Shown piece after piece: positions 9,628-19,177 of a stretch of DNA of 64,000 nucleotides (the stretch's first letter is position 1; every line of letters starts with the position of its first letter). The notes below the pieces were generated by a model that was not told the origin of the DNA, made no database searches, and was given only the letters and a program-made list of their open reading frames with translations. Source of the DNA: Arachidicoccus sp. (GTDB lineage: Bacteria; Bacteroidota; Bacteroidia; Chitinophagales; Chitinophagaceae); the NCBI GenBank assembly GCA_028283605.1, contig JAPWKH010000034.1:74464-138463 (forward strand). The letters are read 5' to 3'. Made by a program: the position numbers and the translations under genes.

Positions 9628-10638
9628 TTATATAATATTTACTTCCCTTTCCAGTTCAATATTAAATTTTTCTTTTACACTTTTAATTATTTTTTCTGAA
9701 AGTGAATAAATATCGCTGCCTTTTGCTCCTCCGTAATTTACCAAAACCAATGCCTGCAAAGCATGTACACCAAAATTCCCTTCACGGTAACCTTTCCAGC
9801 CACATTGCTCAATCAGCCATCCGGCGGCAATTTTTTTATCGGAAGATTCTGCAATATTATATGCCGGAATAAGAGGATATTTTTCTTTTAAGAAAAGATA
9901 TTGCGCTTCGCTAACGGCCGGGTTTTTAAAAAAACTTCCAGCATTACCAATTATTTTTGGATCCGGAAGTTTGCTCCGGCGTATATTGATGACTGCTTGC
10001 GAAATATTTTGTATTGATAATTCGCTGATATTCATTTTATCCAGTTCCTGCTTAATAGCGCCGTATTCAATATGATATTCCGGATTTTTACTGAGGCGAA
10101 GCGTAATGCTTGTAATAATATATCTGCCTTTTAATTTTCTTTTAAAAATGCTTTCGCGATAACCGAATTCACAATCTTTGGCATTAAAAATTTGAATGTT
10201 TCCGTCTTCCACATGCAGTGCTTCCAGCTCATGAAAAGCATCTTTTAATTCAATGCCGTACGCGCCGATATTTTGCATTGGCGCAGCTCCTGCACAGCCG
10301 GGAATAAGACTTAGATTTTCTATGCCTGCATAATTATTGCGGATGCAATATTGCACCAGATCGTTCCACACAACGCCCGCACCGGCTTTTACATAAAAAA
10401 AATTCTCATCTTCATTAATTAGTTCTATTCCTTTCAATTCATTCTTCAGTACAAAGCCTTCGATATTTTTTGTAAATAAAATATTACTTCCTCCGCCAAT
10501 GATTGTTTTATTCTTGTGCTTACTTTCTTCCAACAGATTTTTTAATTCATCTATGGAAGAAAATGCAGCAAAGTATTCGGCAGAAATATCGATGCCGAAT
10601 GTGTTATAAGGCAGCAAAGAAATATTTTTCTGAATCAT
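9628..10638 (-). CDS. murB: UDP-N-acetylmuramate dehydrogenase
   Basis: YNTFGI, GGGSNILF, GAAPMQNIGAYG, GNAGSFFKNP, HALQALVLVN, LEREV. Confidence 0.95.
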   Translation of the reverse strand: MIQKNISLLPYNTFGIDISAEYFAAFSSIDELKNLLEESKHKNKTIIGGGSNILFTKNIEGFVLKNELKGIELINEDENFFYVKAGAGVVWNDLVQYCIRNNYAGIENLSLIPGCAGAAPMQNIGAYGIELKDAFHELEALHVEDGNIQIFNAKDCEFGYRESIFKRKLKGRYIITSITLRLSKNPEYHIEYGAIKQELDKMNISELSIQNISQAVINIRRSKLPDPKIIGNAGSFFKNPAVSEAQYLFLKEKYPLIPAYNIAESSDKKIAAGWLIEQCGWKGYREGNFGVHALQALVLVNYGGAKGSDIYSLSEKIIKSVKEKFNIELEREVNII

Positions 10639-10650
10639 AGTTCCGGCAAT

Positions 10651-12762
10651 TTAATTAATAAATGTCCACCAAACTCCCATACGAAGCCAAGCACCAAGCG
10701 CAGGATAGTTGGGCGCAACCCAATTGTAATGATTAAATCCGAATGTTTTATTGCTGTAATTTATGGTATTCAGCTGTGAATACTCAGCAAAGAATTTGAA
10801 GCGCGTAATCCGGAAATTCAGGTAAAAATCCACATCGGGACGGTTGCTGTACGATATATCGTTCTGGTAAAAAAATTGCCCGTTAAAAGGAGAATAATTA
10901 TCAGGCTTGTAAGGAGAAACATACCTTACTTCAAAGCCTGTAGCAATATACAGATTCTTGAAAAAATTTCCTTCAAATGCAATTCTGTTGCGCATAATCA
11001 GCGCAGGCACATGCAGATCCACGCTTCCTGCTTTTTGCTGTAGATAAGCTTCTATATACCAATGGAAAAATTTCCCAAGATTGGTTGCTTTTTCAGCTTC
11101 GATCTGCAACACGTTGAAAGGAGAGGTGGTTTGTGTTGCAGTAAAATAACCATTAAAATATGCATAATTTTTATATAAAAAATAATTACCGGTAAGTTTT
11201 AATTTCAGATACGGTAAATAATAATTTGCAAATATGTGTGTGATATTTTGATTGCTGAATTTACTTAACGCCTGTATGGGAAATCCTGAATGCGGATCAC
11301 CAACATTTTCTGAAGAATTATTATTTACGGATAATGAAGTGCCGGCGGTAGAATTATAAATATACGCCGGTGATTGGTTTACATTTCTTATACCCAGTTC
11401 AAGCGCCCCGATGCTGCCCAAATCTCTTCGCAGATTGAGATTAAAATCATAATTGCCGGAATAATTTTTTGCGCCTATATAAAAGCGGCCGCCCAAATCC
11501 ATATCCCATTTTTGATTCCTTGTTTTATTTCTGTAATCCGCACCAGCAAAGATGTTGTCAAATTCCTGGTTATATGTTTCGCCCAATTTCCCTTTGATGA
11601 TTTGATAATCGCCGTAAAGCTTTAAATATTGATTACTGTTCTTCTTTACAGGAAACAGATACAATGCAGCTTCGTTGGTAAAGATTTTCCAGCTGTCGTG
11701 AAAACGTACAGTATCTGACGGAACAATAAAATTATAATATTGCGAATAACTGCTCACATCAGGGTTGTCATCTACATAACTGTAATTTTGCGAACTGTAT
11801 TTAATTGTATGCTCAAATCTCATACGCGGATAAAATAAGCGGTAAGTAACCGTATCTTTTACGATAGAATCTTTCTGTCCCAAATCATACGCTTCGCGGA
11901 AATACAATGTAAAATCGTTAAATATATTCCCGGTGTTCACGCTTGCATTAAATGGATTGCTAGCATTCGTATTGTTCACGCCCAATTTTACCAACGCCTG
12001 CGATAAATCTCCCAAAGCAAGACTATCTAATCCGCTTGGATTTACCAAACCTCCATTGGTAGCGGCTTTTAAATTATTCCGTAAAATAATAAAATTTGCA
12101 TTATATCTTTTATTGGAGCTGTTAATGGAAAAATTCGCACGGATATTATTATTTGCAGTATTCTGATTTTGATATGCGCCCGGTGCATTCAGCAACCGGT
12201 ATTCAAATGTAAAATTCACATTTCCGTGCGCGCGCGGTTGTGTATGCAACACATCAATATATTGTTCGCCTTTTTGCCCAAGCATATACCCCAATACCGA
12301 ATAAGGTCTTGTGACAGTATAATATTTTGTATTTTCCAAAGTAAATTTATAAGGATCCATTGAGTGCAAACCCGCGTCCCAACCGGCATTCATATACGGA
12401 TTGAATAATAATGGTTGTGCAGGAGATCCAATATTTCCAAGATTAGTATAGGTAAAAGGCAATTGTAATCTTGTATGAAAATCATTAATTGTTGTGTCTA
12501 TCTGGCGTACCGCGGAAGAATCAAAATACCGGAAAGTGATGGTAATTGAGTCTTCATTTTTATCCCTTAGTTTTAACGAATCGCTTCCTTTATTCTGTTT
12601 TGTAATAGGATTTCCCTGGCTGTCGTATTGAACATTACCGTTTTGGTTACCGAACTGATTCTGCAAATTATTCAACCGGTTTATTTGTGCAAAAATGCTG
12701 CCGTCGGACAGAAGTACGAAAAATATAAAAAGAATAAAATAAGTGCTCTTGTTTATTTGCAT
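10651..12762 (-). CDS. Putative outer-membrane porin (Bacteroidota porin family)
   Basis: Signal peptide from ATG 12762 (track start 12801 is probably too far upstream), YTNLGNIGSP, beta-strand-rich body, C-terminal GVWWTFIN. Confidence 0.7.
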   Translation of the reverse strand: MQINKSTYFILFIFFVLLSDGSIFAQINRLNNLQNQFGNQNGNVQYDSQGNPITKQNKGSDSLKLRDKNEDSITITFRYFDSSAVRQIDTTINDFHTRLQLPFTYTNLGNIGSPAQPLLFNPYMNAGWDAGLHSMDPYKFTLENTKYYTVTRPYSVLGYMLGQKGEQYIDVLHTQPRAHGNVNFTFEYRLLNAPGAYQNQNTANNNIRANFSINSSNKRYNANFIILRNNLKAATNGGLVNPSGLDSLALGDLSQALVKLGVNNTNASNPFNASVNTGNIFNDFTLYFREAYDLGQKDSIVKDTVTYRLFYPRMRFEHTIKYSSQNYSYVDDNPDVSSYSQYYNFIVPSDTVRFHDSWKIFTNEAALYLFPVKKNSNQYLKLYGDYQIIKGKLGETYNQEFDNIFAGADYRNKTRNQKWDMDLGGRFYIGAKNYSGNYDFNLNLRRDLGSIGALELGIRNVNQSPAYIYNSTAGTSLSVNNNSSENVGDPHSGFPIQALSKFSNQNITHIFANYYLPYLKLKLTGNYFLYKNYAYFNGYFTATQTTSPFNVLQIEAEKATNLGKFFHWYIEAYLQQKAGSVDLHVPALIMRNRIAFEGNFFKNLYIATGFEVRYVSPYKPDNYSPFNGQFFYQNDISYSNRPDVDFYLNFRITRFKFFAEYSQLNTINYSNKTFGFNHYNWVAPNYPALGAWLRMGVWWTFIN

Positions 12763-12809
12763 GCCGGCAAAAATAATACTGTTACTGTGAAGAAAAATCA
12801 AATCCTTTT

Positions 12810-14102
12810 TTAAGAAGTCAATTGTTCGTACTCTTCACCCAATAAAGATTGTTTTTTGGAAGGCAACAATATTACTCGCAATGTAGAATCGTTGGTGAAA
12901 TAATTAAACATCCAGTTTAAGAAAATAACAAATTTGCTACGCACGCCTAATATCAGCATCAGGTGCAAAAACATCCAGACAAGCCATGCAAACATGCCTT
13001 TAAAATGAAACTTGGGCAAGTCAACTACAGCTTTTCTTTTGCCGATGGTTGCCATTGTTCCCGGGTTTTTATAAGTGAATGCATGTAAAGACTGATTCTT
13101 TTGTAAGCGAATAAAATTTTCGGCAAGGTTTACTGCCTGATGATTAGCTACGTTTGCTAATTGCGGATGGCCTTTCGGCCATTCTGTAGTTTCCATATAA
13201 GATATATCGCCGATGGCGTACACATCCGGAAAGCCTTTAACCTGATGAAATTCATCTACCGAAATTCTGTTGCCTCTCACAATCGTTTCTTTAGGAATGC
13301 CTTCAGGAATATTTCCCATAACGCCTGCTGCCCAAATCATGGTATTGGTTTGCAACGTTTTGCCGCCGCCAAGAAAAATCGTTTTGCCGTCGTAATCTTC
13401 CACTCTTGTATTCAGCATTATTTTTACGCCCATTTTTTCTAAATATGCCTGCGATTCTTCCTGCGATTTTTTACTCATGGTTCCAAGCGTAGCGCCACTT
13501 CCTTCGATTAATAATATATTTAATTCGGAAAAATCTATGGAAGGATAATCTTTGGGTAAAACAATGTTTTTCATCTCTGCCAGTGCACCCGCAAGCTCCA
13601 CACCGGTAGGGCCGCCGCCAACGATGGCGATGTTCAGGAAAGGTTCTTTTTCTTCTTTAGGAATATGAAGCGATTCTTCAAAGTTCAACAAAATCTTATT
13701 TCGCAATGCAATTGCTTGCGGCGTGGTCTTCATCGGATAAGCATATTTTTCAATATTCTTATTGCCGAAATAATTATTTGTACAGCCTGTAGCAATTACC
13801 AGATAATCATAATCGTATTCACAATTGATTGTATGAATTTTTTTATTTTCTATATCTATCTTCTCAATTCGTCCGATCCGTATATCAATATTTTTTTTTC
13901 CGTGAAAAATCTTTCTCAAAGGAAATGAAATGGAAGATGGCTCTAACCGCGCAGAAGCCACCTGATAAAACAACGGCTGAAATTCATGAAAATTATGAAA
14001 GTCAATAAGCGTTACATGATAATTGCTTTTGCTGAGTTTACGTGCTAATTTGAGACCGGCAAAGCCGCTGCCGACTATGATTATTTTTTTATCGGGTTGC
14101 AT
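12810..14102 (-). CDS. ndh: Type II NADH dehydrogenase (NAD(P)/FAD-dependent oxidoreductase)
   Basis: IVGSGFAG, FQPLFYQVA, VGGGPTGVELAG, AIGD, GTMATIG. Confidence 0.85.
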   Translation of the reverse strand: MQPDKKIIIVGSGFAGLKLARKLSKSNYHVTLIDFHNFHEFQPLFYQVASARLEPSSISFPLRKIFHGKKNIDIRIGRIEKIDIENKKIHTINCEYDYDYLVIATGCTNNYFGNKNIEKYAYPMKTTPQAIALRNKILLNFEESLHIPKEEKEPFLNIAIVGGGPTGVELAGALAEMKNIVLPKDYPSIDFSELNILLIEGSGATLGTMSKKSQEESQAYLEKMGVKIMLNTRVEDYDGKTIFLGGGKTLQTNTMIWAAGVMGNIPEGIPKETIVRGNRISVDEFHQVKGFPDVYAIGDISYMETTEWPKGHPQLANVANHQAVNLAENFIRLQKNQSLHAFTYKNPGTMATIGKRKAVVDLPKFHFKGMFAWLVWMFLHLMLILGVRSKFVIFLNWMFNYFTNDSTLRVILLPSKKQSLLGEEYEQLTS

Positions 14103-14175
14103 ACAATCAGGTGTTTAATATTTCAACTGCAAGGTAACGTAAACGGATTACTTTTGCTGCAAGAAAAAGCTATAT

Positions 14176-14523
14176 TTATTTAAGATGGCTAATGACCGCA
14201 TAAGCAAGCATTAAGAGTAATATTACCGTAACAACCGTAATGATAATGAACCACGTCTGCGAAGGTTGCAGCGCTTTGCTCTTCTTTTTACCGGCTGCAC
14301 TATTGACGAGTTTTTTGTTTAAAGACTGAGTGTGTTTTTTTATATTTTCAGTTGTTGAAAAAGCGGCAAGCCCTTCAAGCGCATCTTTGACAAATGCATC
14401 GTCGCGGGAGTTTTCAAATGCATATAATAATTCGTCTGAAAGATTATCTTTTAAAAAATCTTTCAACTCTTCACGTTTATCGGAAGGCTTTTTTACGGAT
14501 ATGTTTTTTTTACTTTTCGACAT
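14176..14523 (-). CDS. Putative membrane-anchored anti-sigma factor
   Basis: Overlaps the ECF sigma stop; DAFVKDALEGL motif; single C-terminal TM helix. Confidence 0.55.
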   Translation of the reverse strand: MSKSKKNISVKKPSDKREELKDFLKDNLSDELLYAFENSRDDAFVKDALEGLAAFSTTENIKKHTQSLNKKLVNSAAGKKKSKALQPSQTWFIIITVVTVILLLMLAYAVISHLK

Positions 14524-15082
14524 TTTTCCGTGTCATTTTTTCGATAGATATTTTCAGGTTTCTTTTGCCGTTTTGTATATAGCTTTTCACTTGTGAATCG
14601 CTGAAACCTGTTATTTCCGAGATTTCAAAATAAGATTTTTTATCCAAATAAAACAAAGAAATACATTGCCTTTGTTCTTTGTTCAATTCCTGCAACGCCA
14701 ATTGCATGTAGGTAAATAATTGATCATTTTGCAAATATGATTTCGGAATTTCTTCCTGCATCAGTTCTTTTAAATCATCCTTCCATTCTTCCAGTACTGC
14801 ATTTTTTGCGGAGCGCAATTGCATGAGGCAATGGTTTTTTGTAACGATATACAGCCATGCTTTAAATGACTGAATATTGTTTTTAGGAAAATCGTTGAGA
14901 ACTTTATAAAACACTTGCTGCACTGCATCTTTGGCTTCTTCTTCATTGCGCAGGTACTTCATGCAAACGCCGAGTAACAATAATGTATAGCGTTGCAATA
15001 TAATCCCCAACCAATAATTATCGTGTGTCTGCCGATATTTATCAATTAGGCTTTCGTCGTTATATTGTTCATATTTATTCAA
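14510..15082 (-). CDS. ECF RNA polymerase sigma factor
   Basis: EAKDAVQQVF, FKAWLYIVTKNHCL (region 2); SYFEISEITG, VKSYIQNGKRNL (region 4). Confidence 0.9.
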   Translation of the reverse strand: MNKYEQYNDESLIDKYRQTHDNYWLGIILQRYTLLLLGVCMKYLRNEEEAKDAVQQVFYKVLNDFPKNNIQSFKAWLYIVTKNHCLMQLRSAKNAVLEEWKDDLKELMQEEIPKSYLQNDQLFTYMQLALQELNKEQRQCISLFYLDKKSYFEISEITGFSDSQVKSYIQNGKRNLKISIEKMTRKNVEK

Positions 15083-15279
15083 TGAATAAAATACCTGTTT
15101 GCAAATAAGATGAATTTTTTTCGGAAATCCATAAAATTATTTCGATCGACAATTTGAAATATTTGTTATTCTTTATTCAACTTACATTCCCGAAAGAATA
15201 GTATAGCTTCAATTTAATCCACACTTTTCAATCATCTTTTCAACTGAATTACAAGAGAGCAAAATACTTCTCTTTGAAA

Positions 15280-17424
15280 TCATTTCTTGATAATCAATTT
15301 ATAGGTTTTAACACTATTTTTTGTGCCAGTAAGTTTTAGGATGTATAATCCCGGAGACAAGTTACTCACGTCAATACTATTGACGCCCGCCTTTAAGTCT
15401 GCCGAAAGTGCTGCTTCTCCTGATGTATTGAACATCTGTAATTGTTGTTTATCGCTTGTGCCATAAACATTTACTGTTCCTTTGGCCGGATTGGGAGAGA
15501 TAACTATATTAGGACTTATTTCAACTATGCGAGTGTCTGAATATGTAGATGTTGCATCTTTATCTGTTATTCGCAAACGGTAATAATTCTTTCCTTTCGC
15601 CGGCTTAGCATCATTATAAAAATAATTTGTCTGTGTTGCAGAGTTTCCTTTTGCCGATAGTGTCGCAATAGCACTGAAATGCATGCCATCCGTGCTTTTT
15701 TCAACAGTAAAATAATCTGTGTTTGATTCTTCTGCAGTCAGCCATTTAAGGGATACTGCGTTATTAGAGACCGATGCGGCAAATGAAACAAGCGCAATAG
15801 GTACAGTCGAAAGCATTGTTTGTGATGCTTGTGGATTATTCCCAAGCAGGTATAAAGCATAATTACCTGTGACCATATTTTTATTATATTCAATAATACG
15901 CGCATAATATTTTTTCGAAGTAGAAAGCCCTGTTACTGTTACTGAATTTCCTGTGTCATTGTACACAATAAAATTATTACCGAAAGCGCTTCCATACCCC
16001 CAAACAGAATCGGCATTATAATCATTTCCATCAAGCGGAAATTCCGTAAGCGCAAAATCTTCGCCTACTACGACCAAACGTTTATCGCCATTGCCTTTTT
16101 CCCAATTAATTGTAAGAGCGTTGGATGAAACATTGGTGAAAGTTATGTTCGATGCGTTTTTCGTTGGGTCAGCCATTAAATCAAAATCAGGAAACGATGT
16201 TGCCGCATCAATGCAATTCCATCCGAGATTATCCAGGTCTGTCCAAAATTGATTTTGATTGTCGCTTATGTCTCGTTTATTCAATATTATTACCCAACTG
16301 TATCCGTTGCCAGCGCGAACCTGTTCAGATGCAGTGCCATCAAGCGAACCTGTATGCCACCAATTATTATATTGATTTACCATCCATCCCTTGGCATAAT
16401 TACTGTTATTAGCGGAAGGCGTTGTCATAATTGCAATAGTGGCAGGTTGTAAAATATCTGGTTTTGTAGAAAACCCATCTACTGCAACCTGCAATTTCAA
16501 AAGATCTTTAGCCGTAGTTATCCATCCGCCGTGCGAATCCATTGCAGTTACATTAAAACCACCGTACTCCCAAGGCACATAAGTATTATTACCATAAATT
16601 GAAAGTGATGTATAACCATTTCCCACATATTCTCCTTCTCTTTCCTGCTTGTCACTTTTTAAATTTTTAGCTATATGCATATCATAGATGCCAAGCGGCG
16701 ACAATATGCTGTCTTTCACATAGTTTTCATAGTTTTTCCCGGTTAGGGTTTCTATCACTTCCCCGAGCATAAGGAAGCCGATATTGGAATAGTTATATCC
16801 TGTGCCGGGCGCAAAATCCAATCCTCTTTCCAGCTCATAAGTTATAAGGGCTTCTTTGCTTACAGGGTTACTTGTGCCTGTTAATAAAGTAACGCGCAAT
16901 GGATATGAAATCGGGTCGCAACCACTAAGAAAATAAGGATAAGGTGTAGTGGGGTCGGGATTACAATTATAGTCTCTGTTCCAACCTCCTTCGTGTTCCA
17001 GCAGATTTTGAATGGTAATATCATAAATGCGTGTATCCGTAATATTAGCATGTGAGAAAACTGGATGGTTTCTTAAAATACCTGAAACAGGATCAAATAC
17101 TTTTGACGTCAAACTAAGCTTTCCTTCTTCCAACAACTTCATAATAGCTACCGATGTTATCTGTTTAGACAGGCTCGCTATACGAAATAAATTATTAGGT
17201 TGTGTAGGCACTGTTTTATTCACGTCGGAATATCCGAAAGCTCTCAAATATATTAATTTTCCATTTTTGGATAACGCCATTGTTGCGCCGGGGATGTTCC
17301 ATGTATTCAAGAAATTACTGACAAGATTATCACTTTGTGAAAATCCTGCCACAGATACACCGGTTTGTGCATGGGTAATTATTATATTCAGTAAAATAAT
17401 GAAACAGAGTAAAAATATTTTCAT
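15280..17424 (-). CDS. Beta-lactamase-related serine hydrolase with FN3-like domain and T9SS C-terminal sorting domain
   Basis: FRIASLSK (SxxK), YNYSN (YxN), WHTG; VPIALVSF domain; C-terminal ISPNPAK...PGLYILK...KTYKLIIKK; ATG 17424 precedes the signal peptide. Confidence 0.85.
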   Translation of the reverse strand: MKIFLLCFIILLNIIITHAQTGVSVAGFSQSDNLVSNFLNTWNIPGATMALSKNGKLIYLRAFGYSDVNKTVPTQPNNLFRIASLSKQITSVAIMKLLEEGKLSLTSKVFDPVSGILRNHPVFSHANITDTRIYDITIQNLLEHEGGWNRDYNCNPDPTTPYPYFLSGCDPISYPLRVTLLTGTSNPVSKEALITYELERGLDFAPGTGYNYSNIGFLMLGEVIETLTGKNYENYVKDSILSPLGIYDMHIAKNLKSDKQEREGEYVGNGYTSLSIYGNNTYVPWEYGGFNVTAMDSHGGWITTAKDLLKLQVAVDGFSTKPDILQPATIAIMTTPSANNSNYAKGWMVNQYNNWWHTGSLDGTASEQVRAGNGYSWVIILNKRDISDNQNQFWTDLDNLGWNCIDAATSFPDFDLMADPTKNASNITFTNVSSNALTINWEKGNGDKRLVVVGEDFALTEFPLDGNDYNADSVWGYGSAFGNNFIVYNDTGNSVTVTGLSTSKKYYARIIEYNKNMVTGNYALYLLGNNPQASQTMLSTVPIALVSFAASVSNNAVSLKWLTAEESNTDYFTVEKSTDGMHFSAIATLSAKGNSATQTNYFYNDAKPAKGKNYYRLRITDKDATSTYSDTRIVEISPNIVISPNPAKGTVNVYGTSDKQQLQMFNTSGEAALSADLKAGVNSIDVSNLSPGLYILKLTGTKNSVKTYKLIIKK

Positions 17425-17556
17425 AGCAAAAAGTTTATTGGGGAAAGAATACTTAAAAGTAACCAAAAAATCAATGGATAAATAAATTTATCAGGTATGG
17501 AATTCTTACTTTTCTATTAACATACAAACTCCAATTAAAGCCTCGCATATTTTCAC

Positions 17557-17564
17557 TAATTTTG
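17557..17564 (+). promoter_or_regulatory. Bacteroidota sigma70 -7 element upstream of aguB
   Basis: TAATTTTG matches TAnnTTTG, 24 bp before the ATG. Confidence 0.55.
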
Positions 17565-17587
17565 CCGTTCAAAATTCGGTAATAAAA

Positions 17588-18460
17588 ATGGCAAAAGTAA
17601 AAGTGGGTTTGGTACAGATGTCTTGTGGAAAAGATAAAGAAACAAATCTTCAAAAAGCAATAGGTAAAGTTAAAGAAGCAGCTGCGAAAGGCGCACAGAT
17701 CGTGTGTTTGCAGGAACTTTTTACTTCATTATATTTTTGTGATGTAGAAGATTATGAAAACTTTAAATTAGCTGAAAGTATTCCCGGTCCTTCAATAGAT
17801 GCGTTGAGTGAAGTTGCAAAAGAATTAGGCGTTGTCATCATCGCTTCTTTGTTTGAAAAACGCGCCGAAGGATTGTATCACAACACGACTGCTGTATTGG
17901 ATGCTGATGGAACTTATCTTGGTAAATACCGAAAGATGCACATACCGGATGATCCTGCTTTTTATGAAAAATTTTATTTTACGCCGGGCGATTTGGGTTA
18001 TAAAGTTTTTCAAACGAAGTTTGCCAAAATCGGTGTGCTGATTTGTTGGGATCAATGGTATCCCGAAGCTGCTCGCATTACATCATTAATGGGAGCTGAA
18101 ATTTTATTTTATCCGACTGCCATCGGTTGGGCTACTTCGCAAGATGAAGCAACTAACGAAGAACAATATAATGCTTGGCAAACTATTCAGCGCAGCCATG
18201 CCGTGGCAAACGGTGTGCATGTTGTAAGTGTAAACCGTGTGGGTCTTGAACAAGACGGATTGATGAAATTTTGGGGCGGAAGTTTTGTAAGCAATCCTCT
18301 CGGGAGCCTTATTTATAAAGCCTCTTACGATGAAGAAGAAACAGCAGTCGTGGAAATAGATACGCAAAAAACCGACCATTATAGAACTCATTGGCCGTTT
18401 TTAAGAGATAGAAGAATCGATTCTTATCAACCGATTACAAAACGATTTATTGATGAATAA
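17588..18460 (+). CDS. aguB: N-carbamoylputrescine amidase (carbon-nitrogen hydrolase)
   Basis: QELF, YRKMHIPDDP..YEKFYF, ICWDQWYPE catalytic E-K-C triad; close to agmatine deiminase. Confidence 0.85.
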   Translation: MAKVKVGLVQMSCGKDKETNLQKAIGKVKEAAAKGAQIVCLQELFTSLYFCDVEDYENFKLAESIPGPSIDALSEVAKELGVVIIASLFEKRAEGLYHNTTAVLDADGTYLGKYRKMHIPDDPAFYEKFYFTPGDLGYKVFQTKFAKIGVLICWDQWYPEAARITSLMGAEILFYPTAIGWATSQDEATNEEQYNAWQTIQRSHAVANGVHVVSVNRVGLEQDGLMKFWGGSFVSNPLGSLIYKASYDEEETAVVEIDTQKTDHYRTHWPFLRDRRIDSYQPITKRFIDE

Positions 18461-18584
18461 TCTATTTCACCTGTTTATTTTTATTTTTTTTAATTGTCAG
18501 ATTGCAATTAGCCAAAATTATCATTGCTTTAAGAATGTGAAATTCTTATCGTTCATTTCGTAACTTTATAAAAATTAAAATATT

Positions 18585-18833
18585 ATGGAATCGGATGTTG
18601 CAATAAATAAATTGAAAATTACAAAATGGATTATTGATTTGGAAGATAAAAGTGTGTTGGAAAAAGTAGAACGTTTAATGAAGGAGAATAAAAAGCCCGA
18701 ATATGATGCGGCCTATGAAGCAACATTGTCTGACGAAGAGAAAGTAAAATATTGGCAGGAAGTGGGCATTTCCGGGGATGAATTATTTAATGGCGTTGTG
18801 GCGCATATCAGAACATTGCCGTGGAAAAAATAA
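18585..18833 (+). CDS. Putative antitoxin (small acidic protein)
   Basis: 82 aa; N-terminus resembles the antitoxin at 52906; overlaps the next gene; TAACTTTA -7-like element upstream. Confidence 0.55.
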   Translation: MESDVAINKLKITKWIIDLEDKSVLEKVERLMKENKKPEYDAAYEATLSDEEKVKYWQEVGISGDELFNGVVAHIRTLPWKK

Positions 18834-19153
18834 TTATTTATTTGCCTGAAGTAAAAATTTACTTCAATAATTTAATGGACGTTCTGTTTGAAAAAGAATA
18901 TTTCGGGTTTATAGAGAGCGCAGAGGAATACGTTTGGAAAATTCGGGATTTTATAGAAGAAAATATTTCAACTTATCCAACAAAAAAAACGCCTTTCGGA
19001 CTCTTACAATACGGCGAAAAATATTTGACTTATAAAGCAAACCAAAGCACTACGTGGTACATTTTCTTTTCGAAAATTGAAGAAACTTTTTTTGTAAAAT
19101 TCATCACCAACAACCATACAAGTTTATCTGCTGAATTGAACATTGATTATTAA
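18821..19153 (+). CDS. Divergent RelE/ParE-like putative toxin
   Basis: 110 aa; GTG start overlaps the upstream gene; strand-helix-helix-Pro-strands layout ending WYIFF...FITNNH. Confidence 0.5.
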   Translation: MEKIIIYLPEVKIYFNNLMDVLFEKEYFGFIESAEEYVWKIRDFIEENISTYPTKKTPFGLLQYGEKYLTYKANQSTTWYIFFSKIEETFFVKFITNNHTSLSAELNIDY

Positions 19154-19177
19154 TTATTGAATACTCATAAATTTCAA

